Shown here piece by piece: positions 1-8,476 of a stretch of 25,196 nt of DNA. The translations under genes were made by a program, and so were the position numbers. Origin of the DNA: Pseudomonadota bacterium (GTDB taxonomy: Bacteria > Pseudomonadota > Alphaproteobacteria > Rhizobiales > JACESI01); contig JBCBTO010000001.1 of assembly GCA_039818625.1 (NCBI GenBank), positions 1 to 25,196 of the forward strand, given 5' to 3'. The notes below the pieces were generated by a model that saw only the letters and a list, made by a program, of their open reading frames with translations, was not told the origin of the DNA and did not search any database. Numbering within the stretch: position 1 is the first letter of the stretch; each line of letters starts with the position of its first letter.

Positions 1-493
1 AACTGGACCAGCCGTCTTCCGGTGCGATCATAATGAGAACACCGATGAAGCCCACGATAACCGCTGACCAGCGTCTGATGCCGACGGTCTCTTTTAAGAA
101 GAGGATCGCGAGAATGGTGATGAACATCGTTTTTGAGAAGCCGATCGCCGTCGCCTCAGACAGTGGCAAGTGGATGAAGGCCGAAAAGCCGAGGATCATT
201 GCCGTCGTCGCCGCGATGACACGAAGGGCCTGGAGGTCCGGGCGTTTTGTGCGCAAGGAACCCGGCAGCCCGCGCCAGATAACCGGGGCGACGATCAGCG
301 CCATGACGAGTTGTCGGAAGAACAGAATTTCCACAATCGGCAAGCGCGATCCGATCACCTTGATGACGACTACCATCAACGAGAACAGAAGAGCTGCAAG
401 CAGCATCCACAAGCCGCCGCGCACATTGCCATTGAGGCTTTGCCACCGGCTCAGTAAACCATTGGCTGATAAAATGGATTGTCGGTGGACCAT
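1..493 (-). CDS. EamA/DMT-family inner-membrane transporter, 3' part outside the window
   Basis: Not in the ORF track because it runs off the left edge. Manual translation from the ATG at 493 gives MVHRQSILSANGLLSRWQSLNGNVRGGLWMLLAALLFSLMVVVIKVIG...EILFFRQLV...LPLSEATAIGFSKTMFITILAILFLKETVGIRRWSAVIVGFIGVLIMIAP. It has multiple TM helices and typical EamA motifs (LPL.EATAI, FLKE.VG.RRW). Confidence 0.88.
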   Translation of the reverse strand, partial: MVHRQSILSANGLLSRWQSLNGNVRGGLWMLLAALLFSLMVVVIKVIGSRLPIVEILFFRQLVMALIVAPVIWRGLPGSLRTKRPDLQALRVIAATTAMILGFSAFIHLPLSEATAIGFSKTMFITILAILFLKETVGIRRWSAVIVGFIGVLIMIAPEDGWSS

Positions 494-627
494 GGCGCAG
501 GTTTGCGGGAAAATGCCGCCTGCGTCAAACTTAACGTGTTGTCGGTGCCGTAAAAGACGATAGGTTTCTCCTTGCGGGTGCGCTACAGCAAACAATCCCA
601 CATCTCCAAATCGACGAGGGTTCTGCG

Positions 628-2946
628 ATGAACGATATGTCACCAATCAAGTTCGGCGCTAAGGGCGGTATCGGCGCCGCGGTCAAGCGGAAGGAAGACG
701 CCGCTTTTGTGACCGGGGCGGGACGCTATACGGATGACGTTCAGCCGGACGGAGCCCTTGTCGGATATGTCCTGCGGTCCGGCTATGCCCATGCGCAGTT
801 CTCCATCGGCTCTCTCGATGATGCTAAAGCGGTTGCAGGTGTGCATCTCATCCTAACCCATGAGGATGTGAAAGATCTCGGTGACATCCCGTGCCTTGTT
901 CCGCTTGGAAAGAACGCTGACGGCGAGAGCTACAAGCAGCCGGCGCGCCCCGTTCTCGCAAAGGATATCGTTCGTTATGTGGGTGATCCGATTGCGTTCA
1001 TCGTTGCCGACAGCAAGAACATCGCGTCTGATGCTGCGGAACTGATCGAGATCGACTATGAACCGCTCGATGCTGTGGTTGGTGCCGAAGAGGCGCTTGC
1101 CGATGGTGCACCTGCCGTCTGGCCGGGCTATGGCGCGCGCAACATCGCGGCAGAATCCCGCGTGGGCGAGAAAGCGGCAACTGAGGCAGCCCTTGCCGCA
1201 GCCGACCGGGTTGTCGAGTTCAAGATCATCAACAATCGGCTTGTCTGTAATTACATGGAACCACGCGGCTGTGTGGTGGAATACGACGTCGATGATGATC
1301 TTTTGACCATGACGCTCGGAACCCAAGGGGTGCACAGTATTCAGACAACGCTTTGCGATCAGATTCTGAAGATCGACAGGTCGAATATGCGCGTGATCAC
1401 ACCCGATGTCGGCGGTGGTTTTGGCACGAAGAATTTCATGTATCAGGAGTATCCGCTTTGTGCGGTGGCTGCGCGCGCGCTGACGCAGCCAGTAAAATGG
1501 ATATCTGACCGCACCGAGCATTTCATGACGGATGCCCACGGGCGCGATAACATCTCAACCGCTCGGCTTGGCCTTGATGCGAATGGCAAGTTCGTTGCGC
1601 TCGATGTTGAAATTCTCGCCGATATGGGCGCGTATCTCTCCGAGTTCTCAACGATTATTCCGTGGTTTGGGGCGTCCATGGCGACGGGTGTTTACGACAT
1701 TCCGGTTCTCCATGCCCATGTTACTTGTATCTATACGAACACGGCGCCGACGGATGCGTATCGCGGTGCGGGGCGGCCCGAAGCGGCTTACTTGCTGGAG
1801 CGGCTCGTCAACTATGCAGCTGGTGAAATCGGTATGGATGCGAATGAACTCCGCCGGATCAATTTCATAAAGCCAGAGCAGTTTCCCTACAAAACGCCTG
1901 CCGGTCGAAAATACGATGTGGGCGAGTTTGATGGCCACCTGACCCGCGCGATGGACGTTGCTGAGTGGGATGCCTTCGGCGTGCGGCGTTCTGAAAGCGA
2001 GGCTGCAGGCAAGCTGCGCGGCATCGGTCTTGCGACCTATATTGAAGCATGCGCCTTTGCCGGATCGGAACCTGCGAAGATCGATCTCAATGACGACGGA
2101 TCGGTGACGCTTTACATCGGTACTCAGTCTACGGGTCAGGGCCACATGACGGCCTATGCGCAGTTCATCTCCGCTCAACTCGATCTTGATGTGGATCGTA
2201 TACACGTCCGTCAAGGGGACACCAACGAGCTTGAAAACGGTGGCGGCACGGGCGGTTCGCGATCAATCCCAATCGGTGGCGTGTCCGTCGACCGCGCTGC
2301 CTCCGATCTCGGTGAAAAGATCAAGGAAATCGCCTCGGATAAACTGGAAGTCGCCGCGGGCGATCTCGAACTCATCAACGGCAATGTGCAGGTTGTTGGA
2401 ACCGATAAGTCCATCACGTTTTCCGATGTCGCTGCGGCAAGTGAGGACATCGTCACGGGCATTGGCGAGATCAAGCAGGATGAGGCCACTTACCCGAACG
2501 GTACCCATATCTGCGAGTTGGAAGTCGATCCTGAAACCGGGACGGTGGACATTGTGCGATACACGGTGGTCGATGACTTCGGCGTAACTGTCAATCCCTT
2601 GCTCCTCGCGGGCCAGGTCCATGGCGGCATCGTCCAAGGCGTCGGTCAGGCGCTGCATGAGCGTACCGTTTATGACGACGGCGGGCAGCTTCTGTCCGCG
2701 AGTTTCATGGATTACGGCATGCCACGAGCAGATGATATTCCAAACTTCCATTTTGAAACCCGTAATGTGCCATCGACGACGAATGCGCTTGGCATTAAAG
2801 GGGCCGGGGAGGCAGGATCGATCGGTTCGTGTCCCGCGGTCATGAACGCGCTCGTCGACGCGCTCAACCACACCTATGGAATCAAGCACATTGATATGCC
2901 CGCGCTTCCGGAAACCGTCTGGTCGGCCATCAAGGCAGCTGAGTGA
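628..2946 (+). CDS. Xanthine dehydrogenase-family molybdopterin-binding large subunit (CoxL/CutL-like, form II type)
   Basis: 772 aa. N-terminal KRKED...TGAGRYTDD, DVGGGFG, active-site loop AYRGAGR (form II; true CO dehydrogenase form I has AYXCSFR), QGHMT, GQVHGGIVQGVGQAL, KGAGEAG. Confidence 0.9.
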   Translation: MNDMSPIKFGAKGGIGAAVKRKEDAAFVTGAGRYTDDVQPDGALVGYVLRSGYAHAQFSIGSLDDAKAVAGVHLILTHEDVKDLGDIPCLVPLGKNADGESYKQPARPVLAKDIVRYVGDPIAFIVADSKNIASDAAELIEIDYEPLDAVVGAEEALADGAPAVWPGYGARNIAAESRVGEKAATEAALAAADRVVEFKIINNRLVCNYMEPRGCVVEYDVDDDLLTMTLGTQGVHSIQTTLCDQILKIDRSNMRVITPDVGGGFGTKNFMYQEYPLCAVAARALTQPVKWISDRTEHFMTDAHGRDNISTARLGLDANGKFVALDVEILADMGAYLSEFSTIIPWFGASMATGVYDIPVLHAHVTCIYTNTAPTDAYRGAGRPEAAYLLERLVNYAAGEIGMDANELRRINFIKPEQFPYKTPAGRKYDVGEFDGHLTRAMDVAEWDAFGVRRSESEAAGKLRGIGLATYIEACAFAGSEPAKIDLNDDGSVTLYIGTQSTGQGHMTAYAQFISAQLDLDVDRIHVRQGDTNELENGGGTGGSRSIPIGGVSVDRAASDLGEKIKEIASDKLEVAAGDLELINGNVQVVGTDKSITFSDVAAASEDIVTGIGEIKQDEATYPNGTHICELEVDPETGTVDIVRYTVVDDFGVTVNPLLLAGQVHGGIVQGVGQALHERTVYDDGGQLLSASFMDYGMPRADDIPNFHFETRNVPSTTNALGIKGAGEAGSIGSCPAVMNALVDALNHTYGIKHIDMPALPETVWSAIKAAE

Positions 2947-2970
2947 CGTTTGGCAGGTGACGGTGATCTC

Positions 2971-3783
2971 ATGACGTCGATTGCGGTCACCATCGCCGGG
3001 TCCGACTCCGGCGGCGGAGCTGGTATTCAGGCCGATCTCAAGACGTTTTCGGCGCTTGGGGTTTACGGGGCGAGCGTGATCACGGCGCTGACCGCGCAGA
3101 ACACCCTCGGCGTTCATGGAATACACACCGTCCCAGCCGATTTTGTGAGCGTTCAGATGGATGCTGTCTTCTCTGATCTTTCCGTCGGCTCGGTCAAAGT
3201 CGGGATGCTCTCGCAGGCTGATGTCATTGACGTCGTCGTCGAGGGTTTGGAGAAGCACAATGCTAAAAACATCGTGCTTGATCCCGTGATGGTGGCGACC
3301 TCTGGCGATCCACTGCTTGATCAGGATGCGGTTTCGGGATTGGTAACACGCCTTTTTCCAAAAGCGTCACTGGTTACCCCAAACCTGCAAGAAGCGGCGT
3401 ATCTCTTGAAAGACGCGGTCGCGACAGGTGAGGCTGAGATGGAGCGTCAGGCTGAGGCGCTCCTCACCCTCGGCGCTCAGGCCGTGCTTTTGAAAGGTGG
3501 ACACGGCACCGGTGATGAGGCGGCCGATCTTTATCTCGCTCCCGACAAGCGGATCTGGTTTCGCGCACCTCGCATCGCGACGGATAACACCCATGGTACA
3601 GGTTGCACCCTATCATCCGCCATTGCCGCCGGTCTTGCCAAGGAGTGGCCGCTCAGGATTGCCATTGAAAATGCCAAGTCTTACGTGACCTCAGCTATTG
3701 AAGGAGCGAGAGAACTCACCATCGGTGAGGGCTCGGGTCCCACTCATCACTTCCACGCACTTTGGGGACGTGAAGCCTGGTGA
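2971..3783 (+). CDS. thiD: Hydroxymethylpyrimidine/phosphomethylpyrimidine kinase
   Basis: TIAGSDSGGGAGIQADLKTF, ITALTAQNT, VLDPVMVATSG, TPNLQEA, LKGGH, THGTGCTLSSAIAA. The ATG at 2971 is preferred to the TTG at 2950. Confidence 0.93.
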   Translation: MTSIAVTIAGSDSGGGAGIQADLKTFSALGVYGASVITALTAQNTLGVHGIHTVPADFVSVQMDAVFSDLSVGSVKVGMLSQADVIDVVVEGLEKHNAKNIVLDPVMVATSGDPLLDQDAVSGLVTRLFPKASLVTPNLQEAAYLLKDAVATGEAEMERQAEALLTLGAQAVLLKGGHGTGDEAADLYLAPDKRIWFRAPRIATDNTHGTGCTLSSAIAAGLAKEWPLRIAIENAKSYVTSAIEGARELTIGEGSGPTHHFHALWGREAW

Positions 3784-4173
3784 ACACTCGATTCGATGAT
3801 GTTTAGATCGTTGAATTGATGGTGATTTTCATAGAGTTCGGTTCACCTCACCTTGAGAAGTGTGACAAAACCGCGACACCGTATGGAAAATAAGTGTCGT
3901 TCGTTTTGCCTTTGCTTTGGGGCTGCAAATCGAACTTTTCCATGAAAAGTGCTCCGCGAACTTTCTTAAGTGATTGAAAACGTTATGATCCACAATCATT
4001 TCAACGTTCAGTATGCGTGTCCGCCTTTATTTGAACGCAGTTCATGTCTTCGAGGATGTTGTTTAGCTGAAAGTGGTGTGCAGATTACGTTTGGGTAAGT
4101 TTATTTGGCGAACGGTAAGTTGATGGTAGTTTATCATCGATCAATTTTATGTCGCCTGGGAGGGCCAACAATA

Positions 4174-5532
4174 ATGAAGTGGGCAACGTCCAAAAAAACA
4201 CTTGCTCTGTTCGCTGCAACTGCATCCGTGACAGCAATCATGGCTCAATCGGCGCAAGGGGCCGCTTTTGCTCTGCGCGAACAAAGCGCTGCCGGTCAAG
4301 GATCGTCCTTCGCCGGTATTGGCGCGTCTAGCGAAGCGCTGAGTGCTTTCTTCTTCAATCCAGCTTCGATCACAAACCACGAAGGCTTGAATTTTGAAGG
4401 CAATTTGGCTGTGGTTCTTCCGTTCACCGATGCGACAACGACCGCGGATCCACTTACGGCTGCTGGTGTGACGGGTGCGACCGGCTTCCCGCTCGCCGCC
4501 CTGCCAACTACCGACAACATCGGTAAAGAGGCGCTGGTTCCAGCATCCTATGCGACGTACCAGTTCAATGAGAAAATTTGGTTCGGCCTTGCTGTGAATG
4601 CGCCCTTTGGGCTCGGCACGCGCGCAGATCAAGGCCGTCTTGAATCGCTCAGTTCGGCTGAGTTCAGCGCAATCACCGTGAATATTCAGCCAACTATCGC
4701 CTACAAGTTCAACGAACGCTTCTCAATCGCTGTTGGTGCTCAAGCCCAGTATATTGAAGTTGAGCAATCTGTTAATACCCTCACGGGTGGTGCGAACGAG
4801 CTCAATGCGACCGGTTGGAGCGGTGGTGTCATTCTCGGCGCTACCTTCAAACCGACGGACAGTACGACGATTGGTCTTGGATATCGGTCCCAACAGACTG
4901 TTGATCTTGAAGGCGACCTCACTCTTATTCAGCCATCGGCTGCAGCTGGTGGTTTACCGTTCAATCCGGTTGTGGACGCCCAGGCGGAATTAGCCCTTCC
5001 AGATATCGTAAACCTCAGTCTTCGCCAGGAAATTGGTGACAAGTTCGCTTTGCTCGGTACGTTTTCGTGGGAAAACTGGAGCCGACTTCAGGAAGTCGAT
5101 GTTGTTTCAGCTGGGCTCTCTGCCTCAACAGGGGTGCCTTTCCCGGCTGCGCAGTTCGACTTTAACTATGAAGACTCATTCTTCTTCTCTGTTGGCGGTG
5201 AATACGACGCATCCGAGCATCTGACCTTGCGGGCTGGTATTGCCTATGAAACATCTCCCACCAATGATGAGGATCGTTCCCTGGCGCTGCCTGATAACAA
5301 CCGCCTCTGGGTCTCGACTGGCGGCACGTTCCGCTTGAACGATCACATGGGAGCCGACTTTGGGTTCACTTGGATCCGGGTGGAGGGTGACACGCCGGTC
5401 AACAACAATTTCCAGGCGGCTGACACCATCTCAGGCGCCGCGCTGGGAGCGTTGGGCGGAGCCGAAATCGCGTCCGGTACAGCCGACTCAAACGTTTTCA
5501 TCTTCAGCGTGGCCTCGCGCATCAAGTTCTGA
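4174..5532 (+). CDS. fadL: OmpP1/FadL/TodX-family outer-membrane hydrophobic-compound (long-chain fatty acid) channel
   Basis: GGGAGG RBS at 4158-4163 before the ATG at 4174. Signal peptide ends in AQG-A; hatch motif AAFALREQSAAGQG.SFAG; FFNPA; amphipathic beta-strands; RAGIAYE..P; LPDNNR.W.S.G; C-terminal Phe. Confidence 0.9.
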   Translation: MKWATSKKTLALFAATASVTAIMAQSAQGAAFALREQSAAGQGSSFAGIGASSEALSAFFFNPASITNHEGLNFEGNLAVVLPFTDATTTADPLTAAGVTGATGFPLAALPTTDNIGKEALVPASYATYQFNEKIWFGLAVNAPFGLGTRADQGRLESLSSAEFSAITVNIQPTIAYKFNERFSIAVGAQAQYIEVEQSVNTLTGGANELNATGWSGGVILGATFKPTDSTTIGLGYRSQQTVDLEGDLTLIQPSAAAGGLPFNPVVDAQAELALPDIVNLSLRQEIGDKFALLGTFSWENWSRLQEVDVVSAGLSASTGVPFPAAQFDFNYEDSFFFSVGGEYDASEHLTLRAGIAYETSPTNDEDRSLALPDNNRLWVSTGGTFRLNDHMGADFGFTWIRVEGDTPVNNNFQAADTISGAALGALGGAEIASGTADSNVFIFSVASRIKF

Positions 5533-5552
5533 GTATTGATCCATACATGCCC

Positions 5553-5581
5553 AAAAAAGCCGGTCACCGACCGGCTTTTTT
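5553..5581. terminator. Bidirectional intrinsic terminator between convergent fadL and SDR genes
   Basis: AAAAAAGCCGGTC-ACC-GACCGGCTTTTTT is a perfect 13-bp inverted repeat with A/T tracts on both sides. Confidence 0.88.
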
Positions 5582-5613
5582 CTTTTTGTGCTGAGTGTTC
5601 GTGGGAGCGTGTT

Positions 5614-6393
5614 TTAAAAGGCACCATTAAAGAGGCCACCATCAATAAGGATGTTCTGTCCCGTGATGTATCCCGCGTGATCGGAGCAAAGAAACGCGCA
5701 GGTCTTGCCAAACTCTTCCGCATTGCCGAAGCGTTGCGCTGGAATTTCCTCGCGCTGTTTTTGAGCAGCCGTGTCAAAATCCACACCGGCGGCCTTCGCT
5801 GAGCCTGCAATACCGCCGCGCAACCGATCCGTGTCCATCTTTCCAGGCAGGAGATTGTTCACCGTAACGTTGTGCTGTGTGAAGGTGCGGCAAACGCCGG
5901 CCATAAAACCCGTCAACCCGGCGCGCGCGCCCGATGAGAGATCAAGCCCCTCAATCGGCATTTTGACGGACAGCGACGTGATGTTCACAATCCGACCGAA
6001 GCCACGTTCCACCATCCCATCGATCACCGCCTGAATGAGTTCGATTGGGGTGATCATGTTTTGTATGGCGCCATCGACCATCGCCTCGCGGGAGAGTTCC
6101 TTGTAGGATCGTCTCGGCGGACCGCCATTGTTGTTGACGAGGATATCGGGGTCTGGGCATGCGGCGAGTAGTAAAGCCTGACCCTCCGGTGTGCTGACGT
6201 CAGCGGCCACTGGAAGGATCGTCGCGCCGGTTGCCTCTCGGATTTCGTCGGCCGTTTTACTTAAGATGTCGTCTGACCTGCCGTTGATGACGACGGTGCA
6301 GCCTTCTGACGCGAGCGCTTCAGCACAACCGCGCCCCAAACCTTTGCTCGATGCGCAGACGATTGCCTTGCGACCGCTTAAACCCAAATCCAT
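5614..6393 (-). CDS. Short-chain dehydrogenase/reductase (3-oxoacyl-ACP reductase-like, atypical catalytic motif)
   Basis: MDLGLSGRKAIVCASSKGLG (Rossmann motif), DILVNNNGGP, GRIVNITS, TVNNLLPG, FLCSDHAGYITGQNILIDGG. A GGAGGGAG RBS (minus strand, 6399-6406) supports the start at 6393. Confidence 0.88.
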   Translation of the reverse strand: MDLGLSGRKAIVCASSKGLGRGCAEALASEGCTVVINGRSDDILSKTADEIREATGATILPVAADVSTPEGQALLLAACPDPDILVNNNGGPPRRSYKELSREAMVDGAIQNMITPIELIQAVIDGMVERGFGRIVNITSLSVKMPIEGLDLSSGARAGLTGFMAGVCRTFTQHNVTVNNLLPGKMDTDRLRGGIAGSAKAAGVDFDTAAQKQREEIPAQRFGNAEEFGKTCAFLCSDHAGYITGQNILIDGGLFNGAF

Positions 6394-6467
6394 TGTGACT
6401 CCCTCCATTTTAGATTATTAGTCGGCAAAAAGATATTCTGGTAAAACCTTCGCGACGCCTCCTTGAA

Positions 6468-6485
6468 TTGTCACAAATCTGAGAC
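6468..6485 (+). promoter_or_regulatory. Putative Pho box (PhoB site) upstream of plcP
   Basis: TTGTCAC-AAAT-CTGAGAC: two CTGTCA(T/C)-like heptamers on an 11-bp period with an AT-rich 4-bp spacer, 67 bp before a plcP homologue. plcP is an established PhoB-regulon gene in alphaproteobacteria. Confidence 0.6.
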
Positions 6486-6552
6486 AAGACTCTGTCAAGA
6501 GCACCGCACGGAAACGGGCTTTGGGTCATAAATCAAAAACGATGGCTTTGTC

Positions 6553-7383
6553 ATGGATAATCAACCAGAAAATAGGCACTTCCGCACTTTGTTTATTTCA
6601 GACATCCATTTGGGTAGCCGGGGATGTCAGGCCGAGTACCTGCTAGATTTCTTGCGCTTTCATAATGCCGAACGGATATTCCTCGTCGGCGATATCGTTG
6701 ATGGATGGCGGCTCAAAAAGAGCTGGTACTGGCCACAGAAGCACAACGATGTGGTTCAGAAGCTCTTGCGCCTCGGGCGTAAAGGAGCGGAGCTTATCTA
6801 TCTGCCAGGCAATCATGATGAGTTCTTACGGGATTATCTCGGAACCCATTTCGGCGGTGTGAAAATCGTCGATCGCTATGTGCATGAGACGGCGGACAAG
6901 CGTCGCTTTCTGGTTATTCACGGTGATCAGTTTGATGTGGTCGTGCGTCACCACAAGTGGCTCGCGTTCCTCGGCGACAATGCCTATGTCTTCGCCATCA
7001 AGATCAATACGTATTTAAACCGCATTCGCCGGGCTATGGGGCTGTCATATTGGTCGTTGTCCGCATGGGCAAAGATGAAGGTGAAAAACGCGGTTAGTTT
7101 CATCGGTGAGTATGAAAAAGCGTTGTGTACTGAAGCCGAACGCGGCGGAGTAGATGGCGTGATCTGTGGTCATATCCATCACGCGATTATGCACGACAAA
7201 TTTGGTATCGAGTACGTCAACACGGGTGACTGGGTGGAAAGCTGCACCGCCGTAGCTGAACACCATGACGGGACGCTTGAGATTATTCGCTGGACGGAAA
7301 TCAAGAAGCCATCTGCGCTCGGTGAAACCGAGAGTGATGTCGAAGATGATGCATTTGGGGCCGGGGGACGGGTTGCCGCCTAG
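6553..7383 (+). CDS. plcP: PlcP-type metallophosphoesterase (intracellular phospholipase C for P-starvation lipid remodelling; often auto-annotated as UDP-2,3-diacylglucosamine hydrolase)
   Basis: Calcineurin-like motifs SDIHLG, GDIVDGW, GNHDE, HGDQFD, CGHIH, NTGDWVES. PlcP-typical segments WYWPQ.HNDVVQKLLR and YWSLSAWAK.KVK.AV.FI. Directly followed by an agt-like GT4 gene. Confidence 0.85.
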   Translation: MDNQPENRHFRTLFISDIHLGSRGCQAEYLLDFLRFHNAERIFLVGDIVDGWRLKKSWYWPQKHNDVVQKLLRLGRKGAELIYLPGNHDEFLRDYLGTHFGGVKIVDRYVHETADKRRFLVIHGDQFDVVVRHHKWLAFLGDNAYVFAIKINTYLNRIRRAMGLSYWSLSAWAKMKVKNAVSFIGEYEKALCTEAERGGVDGVICGHIHHAIMHDKFGIEYVNTGDWVESCTAVAEHHDGTLEIIRWTEIKKPSALGETESDVEDDAFGAGGRVAA

Positions 7384-7423
7384 GCGCTTGTTCCGTGGGT
7401 GAAAATCTGGAAGATTATCTGCC

Positions 7424-8452
7424 ATGAAAATCGTGATCGTGACAGATGCATGGTATCCGCAGATCAATGGTGTTGTGCGCACCCTTGAGCGCACCTGTAC
7501 GGAACTTCAAAAGGCCGGTCACGAGGTTAAGCTGATATCGCCTGAGGGCTTCTATACGTTTCCGTGTCCCACTTACCCGGAAATTCGCCTGTCGATCGCT
7601 GTTGCATCGACACTCGCACCTGAAATCGACGCCTTCGCGCCTGATCACGTTCATATTGCAACTGAAGCGACGCTGGGGATGGCGGCGCGGCGCTATTGTC
7701 TGTCGCAGGGCATTGCCTTCACGACCAGCTATCATACCCGGTTTCCGGAGTATATTTCGGCGCGTTTTCCAATCCCCGAGCGGTGGATGTATGCGTATCT
7801 GCGCAATTTCCACAATTTTGGACGCGGTTGTATGGTCGCTACGCCTTCGCTCAGGCGCGAGCTTGAGGCGCAAGGTTTTACGAATTTGTTGATGTGGTCC
7901 AGGGGGGTCGACGCCTCCTTCTACCATCCCGATAAAAAGATCGATCTTGGCTTTGAGGGCCCTGTACAGCTTTATGTGGGCAGGGTTGCTGTTGAAAAAA
8001 ACATCGATTCCTTCCTGTCCTGCGAAACGCCGGGAACGAAGGTCGTTGTCGGCGATGGGCCGGCGCGCGAAGACTTGCAAAAGCGGTTTCCTGACGCGAA
8101 ATTTCTCGGCGCCAAAACGGGTGAGGCGTTGGCCGCAGTCTATGCTTCGGCGGATGTCTTCGTCTTTCCAAGCAAAACGGATACGTTTGGCATCGTGATG
8201 CTGGAAGCCCTTGCGAGCGGAGTCCCCGTCGCGGCTTACCCGGTGATGGGGCCTGCTGATGTGATTGGTGAGCGGCGGGATATCGGCGTTCTTGACAATA
8301 ACCTCACAAACGCGATTGAAACTGCGTTGTCTTGTGACCGTGATGCCTGCCGTTTGTTCGCTGAAGAGCGGTCCTGGGCTGCGACCGCGCAATTGTTCAT
8401 CGACAATATCAAGAGCGTGAGACCAGCGCTTACCGAACAGCTTGCGGCGTGA
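7424..8452 (+). CDS. agt: GT4 glycosyltransferase, Agt-like (monoglucosyl/glucuronosyl-diacylglycerol synthase)
   Basis: VTDAWYPQINGVVRT, CPTYPEIRLS, HIATE, TTSYHTRFPEY, WSRGVD, VGRVAVEKNI, VGDGP, FVFPSKTDTFG..MLEALASGVPVAA (GT4 E-X7-E-like region). Resembles the rhizobial Agt family as recalled; gene context with plcP supports this. Confidence 0.82.
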   Translation: MKIVIVTDAWYPQINGVVRTLERTCTELQKAGHEVKLISPEGFYTFPCPTYPEIRLSIAVASTLAPEIDAFAPDHVHIATEATLGMAARRYCLSQGIAFTTSYHTRFPEYISARFPIPERWMYAYLRNFHNFGRGCMVATPSLRRELEAQGFTNLLMWSRGVDASFYHPDKKIDLGFEGPVQLYVGRVAVEKNIDSFLSCETPGTKVVVGDGPAREDLQKRFPDAKFLGAKTGEALAAVYASADVFVFPSKTDTFGIVMLEALASGVPVAAYPVMGPADVIGERRDIGVLDNNLTNAIETALSCDRDACRLFAEERSWAATAQLFIDNIKSVRPALTEQLAA

Positions 8453-8476
8453 TCTCGATCGTGACACGCTCTCTTC

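Noticed and set aside
33-563. 176-aa plus-strand ORF at the window start
   Set aside because: It is the antisense shadow of the EamA transporter on the minus strand and has no recognisable motifs.
2947-2970. Possible TPP riboswitch upstream of thiD
   Set aside because: Only 24 bp separate the genes and no CTGAGA-containing THI-box structure is present.
2263-3258. 331-aa minus-strand ORF
   Set aside because: It lies antisense to the coxL-like gene and thiD, both well supported; it is a codon-bias shadow.
3894-3904. 11-mer GTGTCGTTCGT shared with 23866-23876 (two intergenic regions)
   Set aside because: Dozens of chance 11-mer matches are expected in 25 kb, and the flanks do not extend the match.
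6553-7383. Annotation as LpxH (lipid A biosynthesis)
   Set aside because: PlcP-type segments, the adjacent agt and the Pho-box-like site fit PlcP better; a phylogeny is needed to be conclusive.
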